This document shows positions 29,193 through 37,749 of a stretch of DNA of 64,000 bases, piece after piece. The number at the start of each line of letters is the position of its first letter. Within the stretch, counting starts at the first letter, position 1. Origin of the DNA: an uncultured Desulfatibacillum sp. (lineage in GTDB: Bacteria; Desulfobacterota; Desulfobacteria; Desulfobacterales; SpSt-501); contig CAZLSV010000014.1 of NCBI GenBank assembly GCA_964562235.1, positions 15,984 to 79,983 on the forward strand, written 5' to 3'. The translations under genes and the position numbers were made by a program. The notes under the pieces were generated by a model. It was not told the origin of the DNA and did no database searches. It saw only the letters and a program-made list of their open reading frames with translations.

Positions 29193-29314
29193 AAAATGAT
29201 GGGTTTACATCAGCGGATCGTGTGCACTGCTCACAGGGGTCCAATGGTTTGCTTTTCCCCGACTCTTCAGGCTATTCCCTTCACTCATAACTCATCACTC
29301 ATAACTCATCACTT
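29155..29314. repeat. MITE-like inverted repeat with TGAGT/ACTCAT heptamer sub-repeats
   Basis: The left arm AAGTGATGAGTCAGAGTAATGAGTCAAGAG (29155-29184) lies inside the last codons of the uvrA-like ORF. The right arm CACTCATAACTCATCACTCATAACTCATCACTT (29282-29314) contains a 14-nt unit about 2.3 times. By eye the arms match about 26/31 as reverse complements. Confidence 0.7.
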
Positions 29315-29333
29315 AAAAAAGAGGCTTGGCTCC

Positions 29334-30155
29334 ATGAAATCGCTCACGATCGCCGCGGTCCAGTTCGCGCCCCGGTTCGGGGAAAAGGACGAGAACTTCC
29401 GCCGGATGGAAGCGCTGACCGCCGATGTGCGGGCGGACCTCATCGTCTTCCCGGAATTGTGCACGACGGGCTACTTTTTCACGTCGCGGGAGGAGGTGGC
29501 GGAGGTCGCCGAAGCGGCCCGCGGCGCAACGGGGGAGTTCTTCCGCGCCATGGCCCGGCGTCACGACGCCGTCGTGGTGGCCGGCTTTGCCGAAGCCGAC
29601 CGGGGGCGGCTTTTCAACTCCTGTCTGGTCGTCGTTCCGGAGCGCAAGAAGGCCTTCGTCTATCGCAAGACCCACCTGTTCTGCAAGGAGAAGCTGTGCT
29701 TCGATGCCGGGGACACGGGCTTTTTCGTGGTCCCCGACGCCCGGCGGGAGGTGCGCATCGGGCCGATGGTGTGCTACGACTGGCGCTTCCCCGAATCCGC
29801 GCGGGTGCTGGCGCTTCTGGGGGCCGATCTCATCGTCTGCCCGGCCAACCTGGTCACCGAGGCCTGGCACCTGGTCATGCCGGCGCGGGCGATCGAAAAC
29901 AAGCTCTACCTGGCCCTGGCCAACCGCGTCGGCACCGAAGCCCGGGAGGGCGAAGAGTTGACGTTCAAGGGCCGGTCCGTCATCTACGACTGGAGCGGCA
30001 AACCCCTGGCGCAGGCGGGCGACCGGGGGGAGGCCGTCGTCACCGCCGCCATCCGGCCGTCCGAGACCCGCGACAAGTCCTTCAACCCCATCAACGATGT
30101 TCTGCGTGATCGCCGGCCGGAGCATTACGGACCGATCACCGCGAGGGATCGATGA
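29334..30155 (+). CDS. Carbon-nitrogen hydrolase (nitrilase superfamily)
   Basis: ATG at 29334. The E-K-C triad contexts are VFPELCTTGY, YRKTHLF and MVCYDWRFPE. Confidence 0.8.
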   Translation: MKSLTIAAVQFAPRFGEKDENFRRMEALTADVRADLIVFPELCTTGYFFTSREEVAEVAEAARGATGEFFRAMARRHDAVVVAGFAEADRGRLFNSCLVVVPERKKAFVYRKTHLFCKEKLCFDAGDTGFFVVPDARREVRIGPMVCYDWRFPESARVLALLGADLIVCPANLVTEAWHLVMPARAIENKLYLALANRVGTEAREGEELTFKGRSVIYDWSGKPLAQAGDRGEAVVTAAIRPSETRDKSFNPINDVLRDRRPEHYGPITARDR

Positions 30156-30316
30156 TCGGGAGCCGGCCCGGTGCCTGTTTCGGCGCCGGGTACGGCGCGC
30201 GTTGAGCGCGGGGGCCGGGTCTTGGGCGAAGTTGTCAGCCTTCCGCAATTCGGGTAGACTGAGGGAAGGATCGACCGGCTGCGGCCTGTCATGACCTCCC
30301 ACGGAAGGAGCCTTCG

Positions 30317-32725
30317 ATGCCCAAGCGCCTGGAACTCAAGCCGTCCGAACTCCGCCGCGTTTGCAACCCCTCCCAGTTCGCCTTCAAGGACACCTCGGAG
30401 CTGGCCTCTCTGGACCTGGTGATCGGGCAGGAGCGCGCGGTGCACGCCATCGAATTCGGATTGGACATGCGCAGCCCCGGCTACAACATCTTCGTCACCG
30501 GCGCCGAGGGCACCGGCAAGTCCACCATCGTCAGGGACCTCACCGCGCGCTTCGCGAAAACCCAGCCGGTTCCGGACGACTGGTGTCTCGTGAACAATTT
30601 CAGCGATGAATTCCGGCCGCGCGCGGTCGCGCTGCCGCCCGGCCGCGGGCCCTCCTTCGCCAAGAAGATCAACCGGCTCGTGAACGACCTGAAAAAGGAG
30701 ATCCCCAAGGCCTTTGAGACCGAGGCCTACCTGAAAAAGCTCGCCGCCGTCAAATCCCGTTTCAGCTCCCGGCAGCAGAGCATTTTTCAGAAGATCGAAC
30801 GCTTCGCCACCGAGCGCAGCCTGCACATCGACTCCTCCCAGAAGGAGTTCCCCGTCGTGCCCGTCGTCGAGGGCAAGATCCTCTCCGCGGAGGACTACCA
30901 GAAACTGCCCGACGGCGTTAAGGCGGAGATCGACGAAAAAGTCGCTCAGATCCAGGCGGAGATGGAAAGGTCCGGCCGCAAGATCGAAAAACTCAGCCAG
31001 CAGCTGCACACCGACATCGAGCGGCTCATGAGCGAGGCCGTTCTGGCCCCGGTGCAGAAACGTGTCGATCCGCTCCGGGCGGATTTCAAGGAGCGCGGCG
31101 AGGTCCGCGACTATCTGAACGCCCTGCAGGCGGACATCGTCGAAAACTTCGCCTCGTTCATGCCGGCCGAAAAAGGCGAACCGCCCGCCGCCGGCGAGTG
31201 CCCCCAGCCGGCGAAAGCCCCTTTCCAGAAATACCAGGTCAACGTGCTGGTGCACCGCGAGGTGATGAAGGGGGCGCCGGTCATCTACGAGACCAACCCG
31301 ACCTTCTTCAACGTGGTCGGCCGCATCGAGAAGCGCGCTTACATGGGCACGGTGAACACCGACTTCACCCTGGTGCTGGCGGGCTCGCTGCTCAACGCCA
31401 ACGGCGGCTGCCTGATCATGGAGATCGAGCCGCTGTTGATGCACCCCTACGTCTGGGAGGCGCTCAAGCGATCGCTGCAGACCAAGCGCCTGGACATCGA
31501 GGACGTGCCCGAGGAGTCGGCCTTCGGCACCACCTCGCTGCGGCCGCAGCCGATCCCGCTCGAAGTCAAGGTCATTCTGCTGGGCAGCTACGAAGCCTTC
31601 GAAATGCTTCAGAACTACGACTCCAAGTTCAACAAGATTTTCAAGGTCCGGGCCGACTTCGACCAGGAAGTGGCGCGCACGCCCGAAACCGAGCAGCTTT
31701 ACGCCCGGTTCATCGCGCGCGTCTGCCGGGAGGAAAACCTGCTGCCGTTCAACCCGCGCGGCGTGGCCGCCATCGTGGAGTTCGGTGAAAAGTACGTCTC
31801 CGACCAGAACAAGCTCTCGATCCGCTTCGGGCCCCTGCTGGGGGTCCTGAAGGAGTCCGATTACTGGGCGCGGCGCCAGCGCGCGAAGGTGACCTCCGAA
31901 AAACACGTGGTGCGCGCCTTCCAGGAGCACCGCTTCCGCTACAGCCTTTACGAACAGAAGGTCCACGAGTCCTACCGGGACGGCTCCATCATGATCGACG
32001 TCACCGGGGCGGTGGCCGGTCAGATCAACGGCCTGGCCGTTTATCAGATCGGCGAATACTCCTTCGGCCGTCCGGCGCGCATCACGGCCGAGACCTTCAT
32101 GGGCAAAGGGGGAGTGGTCAACATCGAGCGCGAGGCGGACCTGAGCGGCAGCACGCACGACAAGGGGGTGCTGATCCTCTCGGGTTATCTCGGGAGTGTC
32201 TTTGCCCAGCACCACCCGCTCAGCCTGGCGATCAGCATCACTTTCGAGCAGAGCTACAGCGACATCGACGGCGACAGCGCCTCTTCCACCGAGCTTTACG
32301 CCATTCTCTCCAGTCTCTCCGGCATCCCGATCCGGCAGGGCATCGCCGTCACGGGTTCGGTCAATCAGAAGGGCCGGGTCCAGGCGATCGGCGGCGTCAA
32401 CCAGAAAGTCGAAGGTTTCTTCGAGGTCTGCCGGGAGAAGGGCTTGACGGGCGAGCAGGGAGTGATCATTCCTATCGCTAACGTTCAGAACCTGATGCTG
32501 CGCAAGGACGTGGTCGATGCCGTCCGGAAAAAGAAGTTCCATGTCTACCGGGTGTCGCGCGTGGAGGAAGGCATCGAGATTCTGACCGGTGTGCGGGCGG
32601 GCCGCCCGGACGCCGAGGGCCTCTACCCGCCGGGGACGGTTTTCGGGGAGGTCCAGAAAAAATTGAAAGCTTACATCGACCGTGCCCGGCGGGCCAAGGC
32701 TGAGGCGGGCGAGGACACGGAATAA
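30317..32725 (+). CDS. Lon-related ATP-dependent protease (AAA+ plus S16 protease domain; COG1067/YcbZ-like)
   Basis: Walker A is VTGAEGTGKST. The C-terminal S16 domain carries the Ser-Lys dyad contexts DGDSASSTELYAILSSL and GGVNQKVEGFF. Confidence 0.85.
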   Translation: MPKRLELKPSELRRVCNPSQFAFKDTSELASLDLVIGQERAVHAIEFGLDMRSPGYNIFVTGAEGTGKSTIVRDLTARFAKTQPVPDDWCLVNNFSDEFRPRAVALPPGRGPSFAKKINRLVNDLKKEIPKAFETEAYLKKLAAVKSRFSSRQQSIFQKIERFATERSLHIDSSQKEFPVVPVVEGKILSAEDYQKLPDGVKAEIDEKVAQIQAEMERSGRKIEKLSQQLHTDIERLMSEAVLAPVQKRVDPLRADFKERGEVRDYLNALQADIVENFASFMPAEKGEPPAAGECPQPAKAPFQKYQVNVLVHREVMKGAPVIYETNPTFFNVVGRIEKRAYMGTVNTDFTLVLAGSLLNANGGCLIMEIEPLLMHPYVWEALKRSLQTKRLDIEDVPEESAFGTTSLRPQPIPLEVKVILLGSYEAFEMLQNYDSKFNKIFKVRADFDQEVARTPETEQLYARFIARVCREENLLPFNPRGVAAIVEFGEKYVSDQNKLSIRFGPLLGVLKESDYWARRQRAKVTSEKHVVRAFQEHRFRYSLYEQKVHESYRDGSIMIDVTGAVAGQINGLAVYQIGEYSFGRPARITAETFMGKGGVVNIEREADLSGSTHDKGVLILSGYLGSVFAQHHPLSLAISITFEQSYSDIDGDSASSTELYAILSSLSGIPIRQGIAVTGSVNQKGRVQAIGGVNQKVEGFFEVCREKGLTGEQGVIIPIANVQNLMLRKDVVDAVRKKKFHVYRVSRVEEGIEILTGVRAGRPDAEGLYPPGTVFGEVQKKLKAYIDRARRAKAEAGEDTE

Positions 32726-32741
32726 GCAAGGGGAAGACCGG

Positions 32742-33077
32742 ATGAAAACCGATATCGGAAAAGTCATTGCACGGATCGGCGAGGATTTCAAAAACGAAAT
32801 CCTTCCCAACTCCCGGTTCTATCGTGAAGTGAGCATCGGCGAGCGGGCCAAATGCCTCGGCTTGACCGGGCTCACCGGGCACTACCGGGACGTATTCGCC
32901 ATCGTCCCGTTGAAGGAATCCGCGGACGGCATGAAAGTCCGCATCGACGGCCGCACCTTCGTGAACTACGCGCAGTTCGAGTCCGGTGTGGTGGCCCCCG
33001 GGTATGTGGCCGCGGATACCGGGTTGCCCCACAAGCCCTTCGTGCCCAACGACAGCATGATCCTGAACTTTGTTTGA
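32742..33077 (+). CDS. Hypothetical 111-aa protein
   Basis: The ATG at 32742 is 17 nt after the Lon-like stop. There is no recognisable motif. A very strong hairpin follows. Confidence 0.45.
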   Translation: MKTDIGKVIARIGEDFKNEILPNSRFYREVSIGERAKCLGLTGLTGHYRDVFAIVPLKESADGMKVRIDGRTFVNYAQFESGVVAPGYVAADTGLPHKPFVPNDSMILNFV

Positions 33078-33114
33078 AATGAAGCGGCCGAGGGCCGCTT
33101 CATTTCAAACAAAG
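33068..33114. terminator. 22-bp perfect hairpin (bidirectional terminator candidate)
   Basis: CTTTGTTTGAAATGAAGCGGCC (33068-33089), loop GAG, GGCCGCTTCATTTCAAACAAAG (33093-33114). It overlaps the TGA stop at 33075-33077. Confidence 0.6.
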
Positions 33115-33145
33115 AAGATGAAGGCCGGCCTCACAGCATCCATGT

Positions 33146-34522
33146 ATGAAAACACTCCAGTTGGCTGAGCAAGCGCGCATCGCCGATATTCTTCACGCCC
33201 CCGGCAGCCTGACACAGCGGCTGCGCGATTGCCAACCCGGGAATTCGCGGCGGCGGCACGGGAAAGGCAACGGTTCGCTGAACGTGTTGCACCTGCTCTC
33301 CCAGCAGCCGGGGAAAACCGGCAGCGGGGTGGCGCTGCTCGAACTAATCCGCCTCGGGGCGGCGGCGGGGTGGCGACAACGCGCCCTCATCGCTCTGCCC
33401 GGAGAAGCGCCGGTACCGGACATCCCCCCGCTCTCGCCGGCCGACATCACCCCCGTGCGCTTCGACCGGCCCCCGGCCCCCTTTGCCCTTCCCGGCATGA
33501 GCGACATCATGCCCTATGCCTCCACCCGCTTTTCCAGCTTCACCCCGCAGATGCTCGAGGGCTACCTGCAGGCCTTCGCGGCCGCCCTGACGGACGCCGC
33601 CCGCGGTTTCCGGCCGGACCTCATCCAGTCCAACCACCTCTGGCTGCTGACCGCCCTGGCACGGACCCTCTTCCCGCAGACGCCCATTTGCGCCTACAGC
33701 CACGGCACGGAGTTGCGCCAACTGGAGAACGCCGCCCATCTCGCCCCTCTGGTCGTGCCGGCCTGCGCGGACGTAGACCGGGTCTTTGCCCTGCACGCGC
33801 ACAACCGGGACCGAATCATGGACGCCTACGGCATCCCCGCGGCGCACATCCGCGTCGTGGGGGCCGGGTTCCGGAAAGAGGTGTTCAAGCCCGGCGCGGC
33901 CGGCGCGCGCCCCGCCGACCGCGCGGAACTGACGATCGTCTACGCCGGCAAGATCAGCGCGCCGAAAGGGATCCCCTGGCTGATCGAGGCCATGCGCCGG
34001 GTGCAGGCCCCGGGGGGCCGGCGGGTGCAGCTTCTGCTGGCCGGCGCGGCCGGGGGCACCGGGGAGAAGACCATCCGCCGCCAGGCAGCGGACCTGCCCA
34101 ACGTGGTCTTTCTCGGCGCTCTGCCGCAGGAAAAGCTGGCAGCGGTGCTGCAAAACGCCGACGTCTTCGTCCTGCCCTCTTTTTTCGAGGGCCTGCCTCT
34201 GGTCGTCGTCGAGTCGCTCGCCTGCGGCTGTCGGGTGGTGATGACGGACCTGCCCGGGGTGGACTCCTGGATGCCGGAGGGGTTGTGCACGGAGGGGCTC
34301 GTGGAACGCGTGCCCCTGCCCCGGCTGGCCGGCCCGGACGCGCCCCTGCCGGCGGACCTGCCGGCCTTCGTCGAGCGGTTGGCCGAATCCCTCAACCGGC
34401 AACTCGCCCGCAGCCTGGAATGCGGACGGGCAGCGGAGCCGGACCCCCGGTTGAAGGCGCTTTCCTGGTCCGGGGTCTTTGACAAAATGCTGGCGGGATA
34501 CCGGGAACTATCCGAATCTTGA
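33146..34522 (+). CDS. Glycosyltransferase, GT-B fold (GT4/group 1 type)
   Basis: The C-terminal half has YAGKISAPKGI.., FVLPSFFEGLPLVVVESLACG (an EX7E-like motif). The N-terminal about 45 aa may be a start-site artefact. Confidence 0.75.
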   Translation: MKTLQLAEQARIADILHAPGSLTQRLRDCQPGNSRRRHGKGNGSLNVLHLLSQQPGKTGSGVALLELIRLGAAAGWRQRALIALPGEAPVPDIPPLSPADITPVRFDRPPAPFALPGMSDIMPYASTRFSSFTPQMLEGYLQAFAAALTDAARGFRPDLIQSNHLWLLTALARTLFPQTPICAYSHGTELRQLENAAHLAPLVVPACADVDRVFALHAHNRDRIMDAYGIPAAHIRVVGAGFRKEVFKPGAAGARPADRAELTIVYAGKISAPKGIPWLIEAMRRVQAPGGRRVQLLLAGAAGGTGEKTIRRQAADLPNVVFLGALPQEKLAAVLQNADVFVLPSFFEGLPLVVVESLACGCRVVMTDLPGVDSWMPEGLCTEGLVERVPLPRLAGPDAPLPADLPAFVERLAESLNRQLARSLECGRAAEPDPRLKALSWSGVFDKMLAGYRELSES

Positions 34523-34617
34523 ATCCGGCAACACTTTCCGTCACTGGGGCTTCCGGTTTCGACGTTATCGTGCGTCTCCGTCTTTGGTATGTTTCCAATT
34601 CCTTGTCAGCTGCTTGA

Positions 34618-34935
34618 ACCGAAACCATGCACCCGGCCGGCCACATCCTCGGCTCGGCCCAGGTGCGGCTGGAGCGAGACGCCGAGGCCCGCAAGAAAGA
34701 TGAGTTCGCCGAGGCGCTCGTTCTGGCGCCGCCCGCGGCGGACGGCTCCACCTGGATGCGGCGCTGGGTGCACGCCCGCCGGGCGTATGCGTCCGGCTGG
34801 ATGCAAATCCGCGGCCTTCGCCGACGCCGGTCTCTGGACCGCGGCTTCGTGCTCTCCGACCAGGCCGGCTGGAAGGCCCTGCTGGGCACCGTGGAGGAGT
34901 GGCAGGCCGAGTGGAAATGGGACGGCCTACGACCT
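34618..34935 (+). pseudogene. Decayed remnants of a ligase-associated DNA-damage-response locus: beta-CASP/MBL exonuclease fragments fused to an ATP-dependent DNA ligase motif-I fragment
   Basis: One frame reads ..HPAGHILGSAQVRLE.. (a beta-CASP MBL motif). After a gap that a full-length enzyme would fill with about 200 aa, it reads ..ASGWMQIRGLRRRRSLDRGFVLSDQAGW.. (resembling the C-terminal SDHADW motif, with the His and Asp replaced). It then reads EEWQAEWKWDGLR (the KxDGxR adenylation motif of ATP-dependent ligases). No full-length domain is present. Confidence 0.45.
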
Positions 34936-34941
34936 GCCGGC

Positions 34942-35221
34942 GGAATCCGGTCACATGGCCGACCTCACGCTGCGCGCGCGCAAGCCGGTCGTGTTCACGG
35001 GCTCCATGCGCTACTACAGCGAGACGGGCTTCGACGGCATCCGCAACCTGCTGAACGGCGTCAAGGCCTGCTTGCTTCCGCTTTCGGAGGATACCGGCGG
35101 GGGCCTGCTGATGACCGGCCGGATCTTCGCCGCCCGGGAGATGACCGCGGTCAACTTTCTCAACACCGGCACCCTCGGCAGCGTGAACGCGCTGCTCCGC
35201 CATCCCCAAGAGGCGCTCTGA
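34942..35221 (+). pseudogene. Internal fragment of an L-asparaginase gene (partial duplicate of 41929-42172)
   Basis: It aligns without gaps at an offset of 6987 nt to the intact asparaginase gene. By eye there are about 7 mismatches across 34954-35140, and it is more diverged out to about 35185. It translates to ADLTLRARKPVVFTGSMRYYSETGFDGIRNLLNGVKACLLPL.., but lacks the N-terminal TGGTI motif and the C-terminal half. Confidence 0.75.
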
Positions 35222-35282
35222 CCGCAGGGAAAACGCTTCCGCGTGCCTCCTTCACGGGCGAATTCCACTCTCTAAAATCCAC

Positions 35283-35311
35283 TTGACGGCGCACACCGGA
35301 AATGGTTAATG
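35283..35311 (+). promoter_or_regulatory. Sigma70-like promoter candidate upstream of the IclR gene
   Basis: TTGACG (35283-35288), a 17-nt spacer, then TTAATG (35306-35311). A GAAA-N5-TTTC partial palindrome lies about 20 nt downstream. Confidence 0.25.
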
Positions 35312-35416
35312 GACAAATATCCGAAACTTAATTTCTCTCATAGAAACGCCGTCGATCCGCGTCGCAAAGGATCTGGCCGCAGGCCGGATCCCCCGGCGCC
35401 CCGGGGCACCTCCCTG

Positions 35417-36202
35417 ATGAGCATTGACCGAGTCCTGCAGAAAAAACCCGGCAAGTCGGAAACTCTGGAAAAGGGTTTCAAAATCTGGGAATTGTTCAGC
35501 GGCGACGAAACGCGCTTCAGTCTGGCCGAGATCGCACGGCGTGCAGGCATGAACAAGACCTCGGTGCTCCGCTATCTGGCCACCTTCTGCGAAAAAGGCT
35601 ATTTGCAGAAGTACGAGAAAACCCGGCTTTACACCATCGGCGTGCGGACCATGGCCATGTCCTACGGGTTCCTTCAGAGAGCCGACATCGTCCGGCGCGT
35701 CAAACCGCTGGCCGATGAGATCCACAAGCGCTGCGACCTGCACATCGACGTGGGCATTCTTCAAGGCGACGCGATCTATCTGGTCTACCGTCGCGAGTCC
35801 AAGGACACCTTGGCCTTTCGGCACTTCACCACCGGTTCCGGGTTATACTACCTGGCCACGGGCAAAGCCGCCATGGCCTTCTGGGAGGCCTCGGAGCTCA
35901 AGGCGTTGCTCAAGCGCCTGCGGCTGGAACCCAAGACCGACCGCACGATTACCGACAGAAAGCGGCTTCTCGGGGAACTGAAGGAAATCCGCCGGCGGGG
36001 ATATTCGATAAACGATGAGGAATTTGTCCCAGGGCTGGTGGCCATCGGGGCGCCCCTCTTTAACCTGCATACGTCCAAAGTGGTCGGAGGGGTGAGCTTC
36101 GACTCCTCAACGACCCAATTTTCCATCCAAGAACTGGAAGACCGGCACGCCGCATTGCTGATGAAACTGGCCAAGAAGATCTCAGCCGCGGTCTCGCATT
36201 AG
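35417..36202 (+). CDS. IclR-family transcriptional regulator
   Basis: The ATG at 35417 gives an N-terminal wHTH (FSLAEIARRAGMNKTSVLRYLATFCEKGYL). The C-terminal IclR effector domain is (GVSFD.. ..LLMKLAKKIS). Confidence 0.8.
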   Translation: MSIDRVLQKKPGKSETLEKGFKIWELFSGDETRFSLAEIARRAGMNKTSVLRYLATFCEKGYLQKYEKTRLYTIGVRTMAMSYGFLQRADIVRRVKPLADEIHKRCDLHIDVGILQGDAIYLVYRRESKDTLAFRHFTTGSGLYYLATGKAAMAFWEASELKALLKRLRLEPKTDRTITDRKRLLGELKEIRRRGYSINDEEFVPGLVAIGAPLFNLHTSKVVGGVSFDSSTTQFSIQELEDRHAALLMKLAKKISAAVSH

Positions 36203-36208
36203 GCCGGC

Positions 36209-37027
36209 TTGGGAAGCACTGGCAGAGGAGAACCGACACCGTTGCCACCCGCCTTGCTGAAAGTAGACGGACTCAGAAAGCATTTCGGTGGGGTTGTCGC
36301 CCTGGCCGATTACGCCGTCGAAATCCGCCACGGGGAACTGCTGGGCCTGATCGGCCCCAACGGGGCCGGCAAGACCACGGTCTTCAACCTTCTGTCCGGG
36401 GTGCTGCAACCGGATCAGGGCCGCATCGCCATCGAGGGGAGAGACATTACCGGCTCCTCCCCGCACCGGAACGCGGCCCTGGGGATCGCCCGCACCTTCC
36501 AGAACATCCGGCTGTTCAACGATCTATCGGTTATCGACAACATCAAAGTCGCCTTGCACATGCATCTCGGCCGGGGGTTCTGGCAGACGATCGGCCATTC
36601 CCCCGCATTCCGGCGTGACGAGGCGCGAATGGAAGACAAGGCCCGCGAGGTCCTCGACCTGCTCGACTTGAGGGAGGTGAGCATTGAGGAAGCCCGGAAC
36701 CTGCCTTACGGCCTCCAGCGCCGGGTGGAAATCGCCCGGGCGGTGGCAGCCGATCCCAAACTGCTCCTGCTGGACGAACCGGCGGCCGGGCTCAACCCCA
36801 CCGAAACCGGGGAATTGATCGCGGTCATCCGCCGTATCCACCAGGACTACGGGTTGGCCATCTTTCTGGTCGAGCACGACATGAAAGTCGTCATGTCCAT
36901 CTGCGAGCACATCCAGGTGCTGGACCACGGCCGGGCCTTGGCGTATGGCACACCGGCGGAAATCCGCGGCGACCGGCGGGTCGTCGAGGCATACTTGGGC
37001 AAGCCCAACGGGGGTGCCACGTGCTGA
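36209..37027 (+). CDS. livG: Branched-chain amino acid (LIV-type) ABC transporter, ATP-binding protein
   Basis: Walker A is GPNGAGKTT, the signature is LPYGLQRRVEIARA and Walker B is LLLLDEPAAGL. The start is uncertain (TTG 36209 or TTG 36242 after GAGGAG). Confidence 0.85.
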   Translation: MGSTGRGEPTPLPPALLKVDGLRKHFGGVVALADYAVEIRHGELLGLIGPNGAGKTTVFNLLSGVLQPDQGRIAIEGRDITGSSPHRNAALGIARTFQNIRLFNDLSVIDNIKVALHMHLGRGFWQTIGHSPAFRRDEARMEDKAREVLDLLDLREVSIEEARNLPYGLQRRVEIARAVAADPKLLLLDEPAAGLNPTETGELIAVIRRIHQDYGLAIFLVEHDMKVVMSICEHIQVLDHGRALAYGTPAEIRGDRRVVEAYLGKPNGGATC

Positions 37028-37749
37028 GGGTCGACGACCTCCATGTCTACCGCGGACGCACGCATGTGCTGAAGGGAATCAGTCTCGACATCGTCCGGGG
37101 GGAAATCGTCGCCCTGATCGGCGCCAACGGCGCCGGGAAAACAACGCTGCTGAGGACCCTCTCCGGGCTGCTGCGGCCGAGGCAGGGCGAAATCCGGTAT
37201 CAAGCACACGCAGACGGCCGGGAGGCCGACCTGACGGGAGCCCCGGCCGAAGAGATCGTCGGCATGGGCATTTCGCATTGCCCGGAAGGCCGAGGCATCT
37301 TCGCGCAGCTAACCGTGCGTGAAAACCTCCTGATCGGCGCCTATCTGCGCAACGACCGCCGGGGGATAGACGTCGACTACCAGCGCATGTGCGAGCTCTT
37401 TCCCATACTGGGCGAGCGGCCAGGCCAGGCCGCCGGAAGCCTCTCCGGCGGCGAGCAGGAAATGCTCGCGCTCGGGCGGGCGCTCATGAGTCGTCCCAGG
37501 CTGCTCATTCTGGACGAGCCTTCCCTCGGGCTCGGTCCCATCGTCGTCGCCGATCTCTTCAAGATCCTGGAAGAGGTCAACCGGCAGGGAGTGACCCTGC
37601 TGCTCGTGGAACAAAATGCGGTAGCGGCCCTGAATCTCTCGCATCGCGCCTATGTCCTTGAAACCGGACGGATGGCGCTGTCCGGATCGAGCTGCGAGTT
37701 GCTCAACGATTCGAACGTCCGCCGCGCTTATCTGGGGGGCACGCCATGA
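37021..37749 (+). CDS. livF: LIV-type ABC transporter, second ATP-binding protein
   Basis: The GTG start overlaps the livG stop. Walker A is GANGAGKTT, the signature is LSGGEQEMLALGRAL and Walker B is LLILDEPSLGL. Confidence 0.85.
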   Translation: MLRVDDLHVYRGRTHVLKGISLDIVRGEIVALIGANGAGKTTLLRTLSGLLRPRQGEIRYQAHADGREADLTGAPAEEIVGMGISHCPEGRGIFAQLTVRENLLIGAYLRNDRRGIDVDYQRMCELFPILGERPGQAAGSLSGGEQEMLALGRALMSRPRLLILDEPSLGLGPIVVADLFKILEEVNRQGVTLLLVEQNAVAALNLSHRAYVLETGRMALSGSSCELLNDSNVRRAYLGGTP

